64,000 bases of DNA from Octopus sinensis (GCF_006345805.1 NC_043007.1:58590001-58654000), one strand, 5' to 3'. Shown: positions 38,127 through 51,056, counted from the first letter of the stretch. Translations and numbers: made by a program. Notes: generated by a model from the sequence alone, not told the origin.

Positions 38127-38165
38127 CATATATATATATATACATATATACATATATATATATAT

Positions 38166-38216
<51 letters not shown>

Positions 38217-38498
38217 ATACATATATATATATATATATACATATATACATATATATATATATACACACATATAACATATATATATATATATATACACACA
38301 TATATACATATATATATATACACACACATATATATACATATATATATATATACACACATACATATACATATATATATATATACACACATACATATACATA
38401 TATATATATATACACACACATACATATACATATATATATATACACACATACATATACATATATATATATACACACATACATATATGTATATATACACA
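37978..38498. repeat. Compound (TA)n/(CA) satellite between the two palindromes
   Basis: Visible directly in the sequence. Confidence 0.95.
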
Positions 38499-38677
38499 CA
38501 AAATTAAGAGGAATGACCACTAAAGTGGACACTAAACATAGTGCTAAACATAGGCGTCAAATCACCATTACCATGAAGAGTGCGTTCTCAAGAACACACT
38601 CTTTGTGGTAATGGTGATTTGATGTCTATGTTTAGCATATTAGGTGTCCACTTTAGTGGTCATTCCTCTTAATTTTG
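38499..38677. repeat. Hairpin/fold-back (arms about 90 bp, 2-nt loop)
   Basis: CAAAATTAAGAGGAATGACCACTAAAGTGGACAC...GTTCT-CA-AGAAC...GTGTCCACTTTAGTGGTCATTCCTCTTAATTTTG. Confidence 0.95.
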
Positions 38678-39269
38678 CATGTAACAATTTTTAATCTTTG
38701 GATTTTTTAAATATGCTAAGCCATTGGTTTCAATTGATTAATATCAATTTCTACCCTTATTATATATATATATATCATCAGTAAAACATAAATCCGAAAA
38801 AGAAGCACACTATAAGTTATATGGCAGTATATTATATAGATAAGGTTAAAGTAATCCCATAAACCTGCCTTGTCTAACTTTATCTATCTATCTATATATT
38901 TATGTATATAATATATATACATACATACATACATATATATTATAATGTCTGTCTTCCTCTAATTCTACTACAAATTCAGCTCTAAGAGCAAGATTATCAT
39001 AGTGGCATGCCATGGATAACCAGTCTTAAATTCCTGGTATGGCTTGGAAGAAAATGATGAATAGGAGGGGATTGAGGAACAAGTCCTAGTATACTCTAAC
39101 CTGCACACTGAATTCATTGCTGTATACACTACTAACTCTCACCTTACTAACAGCATTCCTGTACATAGTTAGAATGGCTTTCACCAGCCAATTGTCTACT
39201 CGTAGCTTCCATAGTGAACATCAGATCAGGGAATGAAGGACCTTGTTGAAGGCTTCCTCTAGTTCAATT

Positions 39270-39880
39270 ATTACCAAATACTATGGCTTACTTTTGGTTA
39301 AAAACTTCTACAGATTCCTTATTACATAAGTGAGCACAAAACCAAACTACATAAAACCCTGGCACAAAACCTTACTACATCTAATCTAGGCTCACTCTCT
39401 TCCTGTAACTTTTATGATCTGGTCCAGTAATCTGATACCTCTGTAATTACTTGTTTCTAAGGCATTCTCCTTTATCATCATAACAACTAGCTGTAATGCA
39501 GTTGCACCAGCCATTAGTCATGATATCTTCCTGTACAACTTGATTAACTATACTTATCCCATTTTGCCAGATATTTTAAACATCTTGGCAGCAGTTTCTG
39601 GTGGACCAGGGGCTTTACCTGTCTTCATGATTTTAATTGCTTAATCTATCATACTTACTGTTGATTAAAATGGTTGGTCCCTCTATCACATGCACAATAG
39701 GAAAACTCTCTTTCTTGCATGCATTCTCCATATTTAATAATAGAAGCATTTCCATGCCTCTTTCTGTCCAGAATCAATAAGTACAAGTGGGCCATTATCC
39801 ATTCATACTTCTCACACACAATGTCTTGACTGTCTCTTACACACTGTCTTGTCTCGCAATCCAGAACATCTCTTGTAGAA
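39270..39880 (-). mobile_element. Old RTE RT-domain fragment
   Basis: Degenerate GKAPGP motif and related RT-region remnants on the minus strand; multiple stops. Confidence 0.5.
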
Positions 39881-40027
39881 CAGTGGTTCTCAACCAGGGC
39901 CCATAGAAGATTTTGTTGTTAAAATTTATGTGCAATAAATTGCTTATACTTTTACAATGCACAAAATATAAAATTTTTTTTTTTTATACAATTACTAATA
40001 AAATTTATTTCGCTAAATATTATTAAT

Positions 40028-40352
40028 GAAGGCATGTGGCTTAGTAGTTAGGCTATTTGGATCACAACTGTAAGCTCGTGAGTTCAATTTCCAGTAACGT
40101 GTTGTGTTGTTGAGCAAGACACTTTATTTTATGTTGCTCCAATCCACTCAGCTGACAAAAAATGAGTAGTACTTGTATTCCAAAGGGCCAGCCATGTCAC
40201 ATTTTGTGCCATGCTGAATCTTCCTGAGAACTACATTAAGGGTACATGCATCTGTGGAGTGCTCAGCCACTTGCACATTAATTTCATGAACAGACTGTTC
40301 TGTTGATCAGATCAACTGGAACCCTTGTGGTTGTAACCAACAGAGTGTCAGT
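40028..40352 (+). mobile_element. SINE family C (GAAGGC..GTGGCTTAGT head)
   Basis: Colinear copy at 53353-53662; a copy with the same head and a different tail at 45232-45545. Confidence 0.8.
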
Positions 40353-40495
40353 TATAGTTATATTTAATTATAAAAAAAAACAAAAAACAGTAGAATTATT
40401 TTATATGCATTGAATGGGTATGGAGGTCCAGTAGAGTAAGGAGTCCATTGGCAAGAAATGGTTGAGAAACACTGCTGATCTTCAAGCTGTATAAC

Positions 40496-40545
<50 letters not shown>

Positions 40546-41216
40546 GTGTTTGTGTATAATCCTAATAAATCAGGATTATTTACCCTGTGTGATGTAATGA
40601 CAATAATACAAGTCTTCATTTAAAGGCTAGGTGAAGAGTGGTCATTGTGACATCTGGTTAATAATATCAAAGTAAAAGAATACAATCAGTTGTTGGCTGA
40701 TGATCAAAACCCACTTCACCTATCCAGTAAAAAACTGAGTACAACCAATTCATGGTGAAGCATGGTTTGTGATGAAATGAATGCTTAATTGTGTAGGTAA
40801 TGGAACAACAACCCTGAAATATTCAGGTTGTCATGTTATACACTAACATTAATGTTCACCTTCACATGAAATAATTGCTATAAACCAAAGAATAATGTTA
40901 TTCATGCAGCATAAACCAATTAATTCATTCGTGATCCAAACAAACTCACACCAAGTGTTCTTTAGTATATATCTACCAACTCACAACATTTTACATCATC
41001 CAACATACATTAACCATTACCACAGTTTCCATGTAACAAGCAACAAGTCTCTCTCTCTCTTTCTCTTGTATACACACATGCATGAACATAAACACAACTT
41101 CTTTCTCAATTAACTAGCACAGAGTCCATCTCCTGTCTTCATTGCTATACAAACACAGTAAATGGATTCAGTGCTCGGGTTTTCTGACTGACCTTTGTTT
41201 TAAACAAAGTGTATCA

Positions 41217-41429
<213 letters not shown>

Positions 41430-42484
41430 TCAAGCAAACAAAAGCAAATATGTAGCATTATTTAGGCTGAGTCATTACAAACATAGTCTGAGTAGATTTA
41501 TTTATGAAAAACCACAATCATTAAAGTCTATACTCTTGCTTTTATTTAATTTTTATGAATCTGTAATTAAATCACAAGTCTGCTCAATCATATACTTTGA
41601 CTGTGTTTAAACATGTAAACTTTATTTTATGTAAGATTTCAATGTGTCCATAGTAACTGTGAGCAAATGGATGAAAACATTGAAATTCTATGCAAGGTAA
41701 AGATCAATATATTTAATCCCAGACTAAGCTAAATATAACAAATACAGTATCTGATATGAAATAGAGAGCAAGCTGATCACAATACAGTGTTAGTATCACA
41801 CAAAAATATATCATATTACCATTCTGCATCGCCAACTACCTGTAACAAAATATCGGATATCAAGGATCTTATGCCCCAACCAAATCCACTTTAGTTTCAA
41901 AATCTATTGAGTCACTGCCAAGTTTTTAATTGGCAGTCTCTCTCCCATAGATCTATTCAAGCAGAGTATAGTATGACAACTATTATGTCATTGAAACCCT
42001 ACAACTATCAATTACAACAGAAATTACTCTCAACATGTCTTTAAAAAAAAGAAAAAAACAAGGGATATATTGGATGGTCTAGTCCTACGTAGATTGTGTC
42101 TAAATAAGAGACAGAATGGTGAGGACTGGAATGCCTTGTATCACAGGTTTGCTGGATCAGGACTAACCTGGAACTAAAAATAGCAGCAACACTGCTACCA
42201 CTACAAATACTAACTGCATAAGCTTAGGCACAATTGAATCATCATCATTATCTAATATGCATGGTCTTCCAAAATGTTTCCAAGCGCTGGATCAGCTTGA
42301 TTTCATGTGTCTAAGTCTAATCAAATACAGGTGAAAAGGTTATTTAATCACAGCAACTACAGTTGCTAATATGACACAGTTTTGGAGCAAAATATCAAGC
42401 AAATTGTTATGAAATAAAATGGAACAATGTATATGGCATGTAAAAATACTGAACAGAATTATATAAATTTTTACACTTCCTAAC

Positions 42485-42759
42485 CTCTCCTTTATATCTT
42501 TGTAAAGGACTTGTAAGCAAAATGGTTCTTCTTGGAAAGTTGTATTAGCAAAGGGCTCAAAATTGGGAGTTGTGTGAGCATCAGTTGTTGATGTCGTCAG
42601 TGTGGTCATTGCTCCTGTTGTTACAATCGTGGAAGTCATTGTAGCATTGGTACTATCTAGATATTTCAGTGGACTGTTGGAGAAGAATACATGTGATGTA
42701 GCTGTTGCCTTGGCCATCATATGCACATTGAAACTGTCAAATTTCTTTGCGTCACCCAT
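42485..42759 (-). CDS. TPRA1: TPRA1/GPR175 coding exon 1 (275 nt)
   Basis: ATG in AAGATGG context. Encodes MGDAKK...EEPFCLQVLYKDIKE(R), matching the TPRA1 'CLLLLYEDIG' region. Phase-2 donor AG|GTTAGG at 42484; the exon acceptor ttttag is at 42811. Confidence 0.9.
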
Positions 42760-45700
42760 CTTTGTACTGCAGTATGTGTGCAGCTACAACTTCTTTCAAC
42801 TCATTGCCCCCTAAAAGAAGTTTAAAAAAAAATTTATGTGGATTAAAAAAAAAGATTTATATATCGATTAAAATTTTCTTTTAAAATAACCTTATATTTG
42901 ATGTACACTCACTCAAATCATTCTCTAATATAATACAAAAGAAATATTTAATCCAGTAATACACAAATAATGAATGCAAACAAAAATAGCTTTTGACAAT
43001 GAAATTCTGTGGGTTTTGTATCAGGTGGATGATAGAATCAGTAGAGCATCAAACAAAATATATTGTGGTACTCTGTGAAATCCTTTTACATTCTGAGTTA
43101 AAATGTTACTCAAATCCACATTACATTTCATCTTTCCAAGGTCAATGTAATTGACAATATTTTAGAGATCAGTATCCCAGCATGACCAAAAACCAATGAA
43201 AGAAACCAGTAAAAGAGAAAAAACAGTATGTACTTCATGACTAATAGAACTAACAAAATCTAAAAGTGTATTGCCATAGAACTATATAAGTCCATTTCAT
43301 TTAACTGATTTCATTTTACATAACTGAAATTTCTATTCTATTTCTTCTTGTATGAGTAGCTGGTTTTATTTTATGTCCACCTTCTGTGATATGTGGAATA
43401 GAGCATATATGTTGAATTGTCCTGGGTTGCATACTTAATAAGCAAATAACATGATTGAAAAAAAAATGCTTGAAATATAAAGCAATAATTTTTTTTTATA
43501 TGGTTAAATTTCTTTGGCTTAGTAATTAGTAATGAAAACAAGTGCATTTCCTAGCTTCTAAGACACCAGGGATGAGACAAATTAATCAATCAAGGAAACA
43601 AACATGACAAATCAGTCGCACCTAATTGCTTGGTGTTTGGAAGTTAGATGTAAGGTGAGAGATATGAAATTGGTTGCTAATGTGATGTTAAACGTGAAGT
43701 GGGAAAGTGTGTTTAGTCATGTCAGTGTTATCAACTACCCTAGCTATCTATATCATAGCAGATTAAATGTCAATGTTCATGTATAATACTCTTAGCAGTA
43801 AAAGCAATTCCCAGTCAAATATTTCATACTTTATTTTTATCTGTGTTTGTTTAATTCCATGTGCAATTGTCCATCTATCTACCTGTATATTGGCAAGGAT
43901 CAGTTAATCAATGTTCTTGAAATGTTGGACTATTGTCACAACCAAACACTAATAGAAAACGTTGGTGGCAAACACTTTGAAGTAAGAGACTTAAGGTCCT
44001 AGCAAGTCAAACAAGCAATTCGATTCAAACTTCCAATTTTTGACTGAAGGTTGCATAAGAAATATTCATGGGAAAAGCATATACATCAAAACTTCACATT
44101 TCAAATAATCCAAGGCATTGTGATTATTTGAAATATGATATTGTGATGCTCATATTTTCATCTTTCATTCCTTTACCAGTTTCAGATATTAGATTGCAGC
44201 CATGTTGCTCCAGTGCCTTCAGGGGTTTTATTACTGAAAGGGCTTAATATTTTGTCCGGGACTTGAATTAGGAGAAGGGCAAGCAAACATGACCTGAACA
44301 TTAAAAGGACATAACTGAATATTACGTAGATTTTTTAGTTCAACTTACTGCCATTTCTGCTATCATAGTCTATATAGGTGACAGGCTTCTGCACAATTTC
44401 TGTCTATGAAATTTCACCTGTGAAGTTTTGGTTGACCTGACACTATGGTAGATATACATGATGCAGTGAGATATTATTTAAGAAATTAACATCATTTTTC
44501 ATAGAGGTATGAAGCCCCAACATAGCTCAACTTGAACAGGCATAACCAAAAGTTATGATGTCCATGCATTAGATGAATGTGTGCAAGATTACATGTATTT
44601 GTGAGTATGTAAATGGCAACAGCAATAATAAAGAGTAATTCTAGAAAAGCTATGTTGAGATTCCTGATAGGGAGTAAAGAAAACTTTGCTTTCCAATACC
44701 AAGAAGGGTCTCATTAACAATGACCAAATAGTCAAAGTTAAGAGGTCATACCTATCTTCCGACACATGAACAGGAATAGAGTAGAAAGAGTCACCACCTG
44801 ATACCTGCCTCCTAAGAAACATCAACTGGTATTAGCATCATCTATATTTCCCTAAGAAACTTTCTCATTATATGATCAACAATTTCTATCAGTACACCAC
44901 TGGAAGAATTCCTTATTAATATGTGTTCCACTACAGACTGAAAAGGATAACAACAGAAAGGGAAAACTGCACTGAAAATCATTTGTGTTCCACTTATCTT
45001 CAAGCTAAATATTTACTAGTGTTGCTATACAAAAAAACAGCAAGCAATATTGTCTCAGGCAATAGCCACTAAAGGTATATGTAACTAGACAATATCTAGT
45101 TAACATTTTTCATACCAACCCACCTGTGACTTCACCAGGTTCTTTGATACAAACTTCATGTTTTAGTGATCTGAATCAAAATCTTCCATTAAAATCTCAT
45201 GTTTATTTCTGTCCCAAATATCAGCTTAACATTGGATGGCTCAGTCATTAGAGTATCAGGCTCACAATCATGAGATAATGAGTTTGATTTCTGGACCAGG
45301 CTGTGCGCTGTGTTCTTGAGCAAGATATTTTATTTCACGTTGCTCCAGTTCACTCATCTGTAGATATGAGTTGCGATGTCACTGGGGTTAAACTGTATCG
45401 GCCATTGGTGGCATGGAGAGGGGAGGCTGGTATGCATGGGCAACTGTTGGTCTTCCATAAACAGCCTTACCAAGACTTGTGCCTTGGAGGGGAACTTTCT
45501 AGGTGCAATCTCATGGTCATTCAGGACCAAAGGGGGTCTTTACCCTTCTTTATTGCACACAAAATATACATACTAAACACACAGACAAGTACGCACATAC
45601 AGACACAGATGCAAATGCATGCACAGATAAGGATACACACCATAGAAAGACAGAATAGACTAAACAGCACAGGAGGAGACACATGGGATGGAGAGTTGCT

Positions 45701-46289
45701 GGAGAGGTCACAGGTTGTGTGATGAAAGATTTCAGACAATGGACACTAAAATAAAAATAATAATATAACAATAAAGCTGAAGTGAAGACCAAGTGCATGT
45801 GGTTAATTGGCAAAAAGAAAAATATGACTATACCCAAATATAACAATATTGACCAATTTATTTTACTAAATCATTCATTGCAAAATTATTTATGTTCCAA
45901 ATATCAGCGTAATACTGAATAGTTATTTTACCAAATCATTCATTGCAAAATTATATTATATTATTCACTACTACATCCTTTTTGCTGCACTAAACCAATA
46001 AGCTGAATTCATAGAATATATGACCACTTTCACTTTCAAAGTTAGTTAATAGATATTCCAATGTTGAATGAATGAAACAGAACTACAGATAGCATCCTAA
46101 ATGCATACACATGTGCATGCATGCATGTAAGGCATCAACATATAGTACTGTTTACCTTACATATAACAGGCATACATAAGACTCAACACATTTATAACAA
46201 TTATATATCTTATAACAAGGATGTATTCAGGACTTTTATGTTTTTATGCCAGAAATTAAAGCATGCATATATATATATATATATATATA

Positions 46290-46503
46290 CAGGGTTGGCC
46301 AAAAGTCACCTGACAATAAAAAATATTTAATTCCAAGATTTATTTATGTTTAACAACTGAATGATTTTAATAACAGCATCTAAATATGAAACATGAAAAT
46401 TGTTCAAACTGAAGTACTTGAGCAACATATGTTTCCATTTGAGTCAATACAGAATTATAGATAGTATTTATAGAATTTTAATTTACTGTCGGGTGACTTT
46501 TGG
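46290..46503. mobile_element. Tc1/mariner-type MITE (right TIR clipped by a GT microsatellite)
   Basis: TA|CAGGGTTGGCCAAAAGTCACCTGACAATAAA at the left end; TTTACTGTCGGGTGACTTTTGG at the right end is its reverse complement. Confidence 0.75.
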
Positions 46504-46523
46504 TGTGTGTGTGTGTGGTGTGT

Positions 46524-46571
<48 letters not shown>

Positions 46572-46572
<1 letters not shown>

Positions 46573-48088
46573 CATCATCATCATCGTTTAACGTCCGTTC
46601 TCCATGCTAGCATGGGTTGGACGGTTCGACCGGGGATCTGGGAAGCCAGAAGGCTGCACCAGGCTCCAGTCTAATCTGGCAATGTTTCTACAGCTGGATG
46701 CCCTTCCTAACGCCAACCACTCCGTGAGTGTAGTGGGTGCTTTTTACGTGCCACCTGCACAGGTGCCAGGCGAGGCTGGCAACGCCCACGGTCGGATTGG
46801 TGCATTTTACGTGCCACCGGCACGGAAGCCAGTCGAGGCGGCGCTGGCATCGGCCACGAGTCGGATAGTGCTTTTTACGTACCACCAGTCCAGGGGTCCT
46901 GGCTGGTTCAATTCGATTTCGATTTCACTTGCCCCAACATGTCTTCGCAAGCAAAGGGGGTTGGCATGGGTGCCTGTCGTCGGATGAGGTTCTATATCGA
47001 CTTCACTTGCCTCAACAGGTCACCGAGACGGAAGCCAGTCGAGGCGGCGCTGGTACCGGCCACGATTCGGATAGTGCTTTTTACGTATCTCCGGTCCAGG
47101 GGTCCTGGCATCTGCCGGGTGCCAGTCATAGGACTGGTTCAATTTCGATTCCGATTTCACTTGCCCCAACAGGTCTTCGCAAGCAAAGGGGGATTGGCAT
47201 AGGTGCCAGTCGTCGGATGAGGTTTGATATCGACTTCGCTTGCCTCAACAGGTCTTTGTGTGTCCAAGGGAGGAAAGGCATGCATAAGTGGGCTGGACTC
47301 ACTTGTCCTGCCTGGTCTTTTCACGCACAGCATATTTCAAAAGGTCTCGGTCGCTGGTCATTTCATCAGTGAGACCTAAAGTTCGAAGGTCTGCTTCACC
47401 ACCTCGTCCCAAGTTTTCCTGGGTCTACCTCTTCCATGAGTTCCCTCAACTGCTAGGGATTGGCACTTTCTCACACACCTATCTTCATCCATTCTCGCCA
47501 CATGACCATACCAGCGCAATCGTCTTTCTTGCACACCACAACTGATGCTTCTTAGGTACAACATTTCTCTCAAGGTACTAACGCTGTCGAGTATGTACAC
47601 TGACATTACACATCCATCAGAGCATACTGGCTTCATTCCTCATGAGCTTACGCATGTCCTCAGCAGTCACGGCCCATGTTTCACTGCCATGTAGCATGGT
47701 TGTTCGTACACATGCATCATACAGTCTGCCTTTTACTCTGAGCGAGAGGCCTTTAGTCACCAGCAGAGGTAAGAGCTCCCTAAACTTTGCCCAGGCTATT
47801 CTTATTCTAGCAGTTACACTTTCAGCGCACCCAACCCCACTACTGACTTGGTCACCTAGATAACGGAAGCTATCAACTACTTCTAGTTTTTTCCCCTGGA
47901 AAGTGACGGAAGTTGGTTTCTGCAGATTTTCGGAGGTTAATGCTCCCGAGCATCTGCCACATACAAAAACTATCTTCCCAGTTAGCCTACCTTTGACATT
48001 GCTGCACCTCTTATGTGTCCATAGCTTACACTGGGTACATCTTATAGAATTTCTACCTACACCTTTTCTACAGATCGAGCAGGGCCAT
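46572..48088 (-). mobile_element. 5'-truncated RTE LINE (RT C-terminal half with embedded C4HC3 finger, repeat-expanded 3' UTR)
   Basis: EVVDSFRYLGD, RIAWAKFRELLP, LHGSETW, RLRWYGHVARM, GRGRPRKTW motifs; (GAT)n tail at about 46572. Confidence 0.9.
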
Positions 48089-48125
48089 CATATATATAAA
48101 TATATATATATCACACACACATATA

Positions 48126-48987
48126 CAGGGTGTAACGGGTAAATTGTTGCCATTTTATATTTTCAATTTTGTGCATGCACATTGTTTTGTTTTTGTTTTG
48201 TCAACTACAAAGTATAGTAGGGTTGACTGGGCATTGTCTATGAGAAAAACAGCACCATGACGCAGTTCACTCTTCCAGAAATTTGGAAATGACATGCTGT
48301 ACTGCTTGGCATTCACGCTGGAAGCTCTAATATGAACATTTCAGAGTGCTTGGATGTCAATCTGAGGAGATGTACCAAGAGTGATAAAAAATCAAACATT
48401 CAGTCAACATCATAGTGTTTAGAGTGATCACTAGTGATAGCAATGTTATTCCTCCATTCATCTTCCCACATGGCCTCAAACTCAACATGGAGGCCTGAAA
48501 TAGGTAGGTAGTGCTGCCCTGAGTCAAAAAGGTGGCTGTTGGAAGACCCTATGTCTGGCAACAGGACTCTGCACCATGCCAGACAAGCAGGAAAACCTAG
48601 TCAAGGCTGTCAAACAATTTCTGCAACCACATCACCCCTAAAATCTGGCCACCTAACTCCCCAGACTGCAACCTCCTCAATTATTTTGTGCAGGGCACGG
48701 TTGAGTGAGAGACCAACAAAACTTATAACACCAAAGATGAACTGAAGGCAAGAATTATGGCAGCATTCACCAACTCAAACAAGGAAAACGTCCAGAAGAG
48801 TTGCAGGAGATCCCAAAGTTGTCTGGAGGCCATGGTTGAAGCCAATGGCAATTTTATAAAATAAATTTACTCTTTAGAATTTCAAGATATTTTTATGTAA
48901 TTTTGGTAAATATATCTGTTAAAATGTGATGTCAGTGTTATTTTTATTTTTGCGTAATTTAGATGACAGTTTATCCATCGCACCCTG
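48126..48987 (+). mobile_element. Internally deleted maT/DD37D-type Tc1/mariner element (862 bp)
   Basis: TIRs CAGGGTGTAACGGGTAAATTGT and (rc) CAGGGTGCGATGGATAAACTGT with TA flanks; remnant motifs YVWQQDSAP and WPPNSPDCN. Confidence 0.85.
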
Positions 48988-49099
48988 TATATACACATAA
49001 TCATTTATTCCTTTGTCATCTTACTTTCTTATATATATATATCGTCAGTAAAACATAAATCCAAAAGAGAAGCACTCTCTAAATTATAGAGCAGTAGAG

Positions 49100-49212
49100 T
49101 ATTTAGAGAAAGATAGTTATGGCAAGTTCATAGGGTTACCCATGGTTTCGCATTCATAAAGCACTTAGCTTTACATGTCTCATCAGACCTTGACTATCTT
49201 TCTCTAAATATA
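49100..49212 (-). ncRNA. Type I hammerhead ribozyme motif with intact core, within a short TA-flanked insertion (49042-49212)
   Basis: Minus strand: GGT-CTGATGA-G(A)CATGTAAAGC/TAAGT/GCTTTATGAATGC-GAA-ACC/ATG/GGT-A|ACC. All core nucleotides are present, and stem I is extended by ATTTAGAGAAA(A)GATAG inverted repeats. Confidence 0.7.
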
Positions 49213-50904
49213 TATATATTTCACTTGGCAACTGCTTCAACAAATTCTGTGTGATCCATGCAAGCATAGAAAAGAATATGTTGAAATGATGATGATGATG
49301 ATTTAGATAGACTGACTGAGAGAAATGCAGTGGGGTTAAATTACTATCGACTGGATGTGTCAAGTGCTTATGAGATTTAAAATCAGTATCAGGTTTTAAA
49401 AAGATAAGCAGGAGAAACTGAACTAAACAGGCAAGCGATAAAAACAGTATAAATACAGCTATCAGCAGATGAGGCCAGGGACATTATCCCAAGGATATCT
49501 TATATGCTCATATAACAATGTCCAATGTGTGTGTGTTAATATCTAACATAGAAGATGAGAAAATGTAACATCACCAACAATATTTGAATGTCAGGTCTAC
49601 TGTAAAATATATAGCTGTGCTAGCAGCTACGCTAAAGCAAACATCACAATATTCACTGACCAAATTAAGAGATTTAACCTAATTAGCTAAGATTATAAAC
49701 CAATGTCCAGTCAACAGAAATCTTAGTCCACACAATATCAAGGTTTGGTATTATACATTTACAAATGATGATATGGAAAATTACTTTTATAATCAACTGA
49801 GTAATGATCACAATTTCAGTATCACACACTCCATTGATGCCACACATCACTGATACTATCAAATAATGTCCAAGTATTTAGAACCATACTGCAAACAGTA
49901 CAAGTTACCATCCCTCTTTCTGTTATCTACAAACACACCATAATAAACTACTGTTAGCTGTATCCATCCCAACTGCTCTGTGCAACTACTTTTATTCTTA
50001 AATCAATATCCACTGCCAAATCCATATATAATTAGTCTCAACAATGAAATTAGGCCTCAAGAGGGGCATATTAATCAACCTGCTTTCTCTTACTTCCAAA
50101 GACGCCAAAAGTAAACTGCAGAAGACTACTTATTGATTTCAAATTTTGGCAGGAGGCCAGCAACTTTAGGGGAGGAGTTAAGTCAATTACATCAACCCCA
50201 GTACTGAACTGGTATGTATTTTATCGACTCTGAAAGGATGAAATGTAGTCAACCTCAGCTGAATTTGAACTCAGAACATAAAGACAAACAAAATACTGCT
50301 AAGTATTTTGCCCAGCATGCCTGTGATTCTGCTAAGTATTTTGCCCAGCATGCCTGTGATTCTGCTAGCTCACCATCTTAAAGACTGCTTGTTAACATGT
50401 AAACAAGTATGAACTTAGACAAAACTCACATAATGGTATAAAGGTTTTGAAAGCATAGGTCATAAGTGATATCCCCTCATGGGGCAAAATTTTCCAGCAA
50501 GACAAAATATGTATAAAATGATCCCACATTATTAATAAGCCATGATATATTGCTACACTAGTAGATATTTTTATTATTAGCAGAGGATAAGGTAGTGAGT
50601 TGGTAGAATCATTAGCATGTCAGGCAAATGCTTAACATTTCTTCCAGCTCTTTAAATTCTGAGTTCAAATCCAACTTTGCCCTTCATATTTTCAAAGTCA
50701 AAAAAGTACCAATTGAGCACTGAGGCTGATGTAATCAACTAACATCTTCCCTCAAAACCATTGGACTTCTGCCAAAATTTTAAACAATTATTAGCAGTAG
50801 ATGGCCTTTTATAGATCTGCGTACTTACATTTCATTGGGTGAAAGAGTATCAGATGCCTAATGTAAAAATTAGCAGTTTATTATACCATCACTACTTCAG
50901 TACT

Positions 50905-51056
50905 GTGTCCATATAGGATTACATCCTACCCTGATGTAATCTCCAGGGATACAGGCATCCAGCAACAGGACCTCCGAAATGCCATGATGGATCGTGAAGT
51001 CTGGCGTAACATGGTAAATTCCATTGTCTCGACCACGGTCGAACAATGATGATGAT
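50905..51056 (+). mobile_element. Short CpG-intact RTE 3' end with (GAT)n tail
   Basis: DTGIQQQDLRNAMMDREVWRNMVNSIVST-like RTE terminus followed by ATGATGATGATG. Confidence 0.6.

Noticed and set aside
46700-47250. Regularly spaced ~50-bp repeats (also 15460-15690) superficially like a CRISPR array
   Set aside because: The context is eukaryotic, the units are degenerate tandem repeats without unique spacers, they lie inside retro/Helitron elements, and there are no cas genes.
50293-50367. 33-bp tandem duplication inside a SINE-B copy; similar short direct repeats at 45855-45960 and 56899/57235
   Set aside because: These are ordinary local slippage duplications with no further structure.
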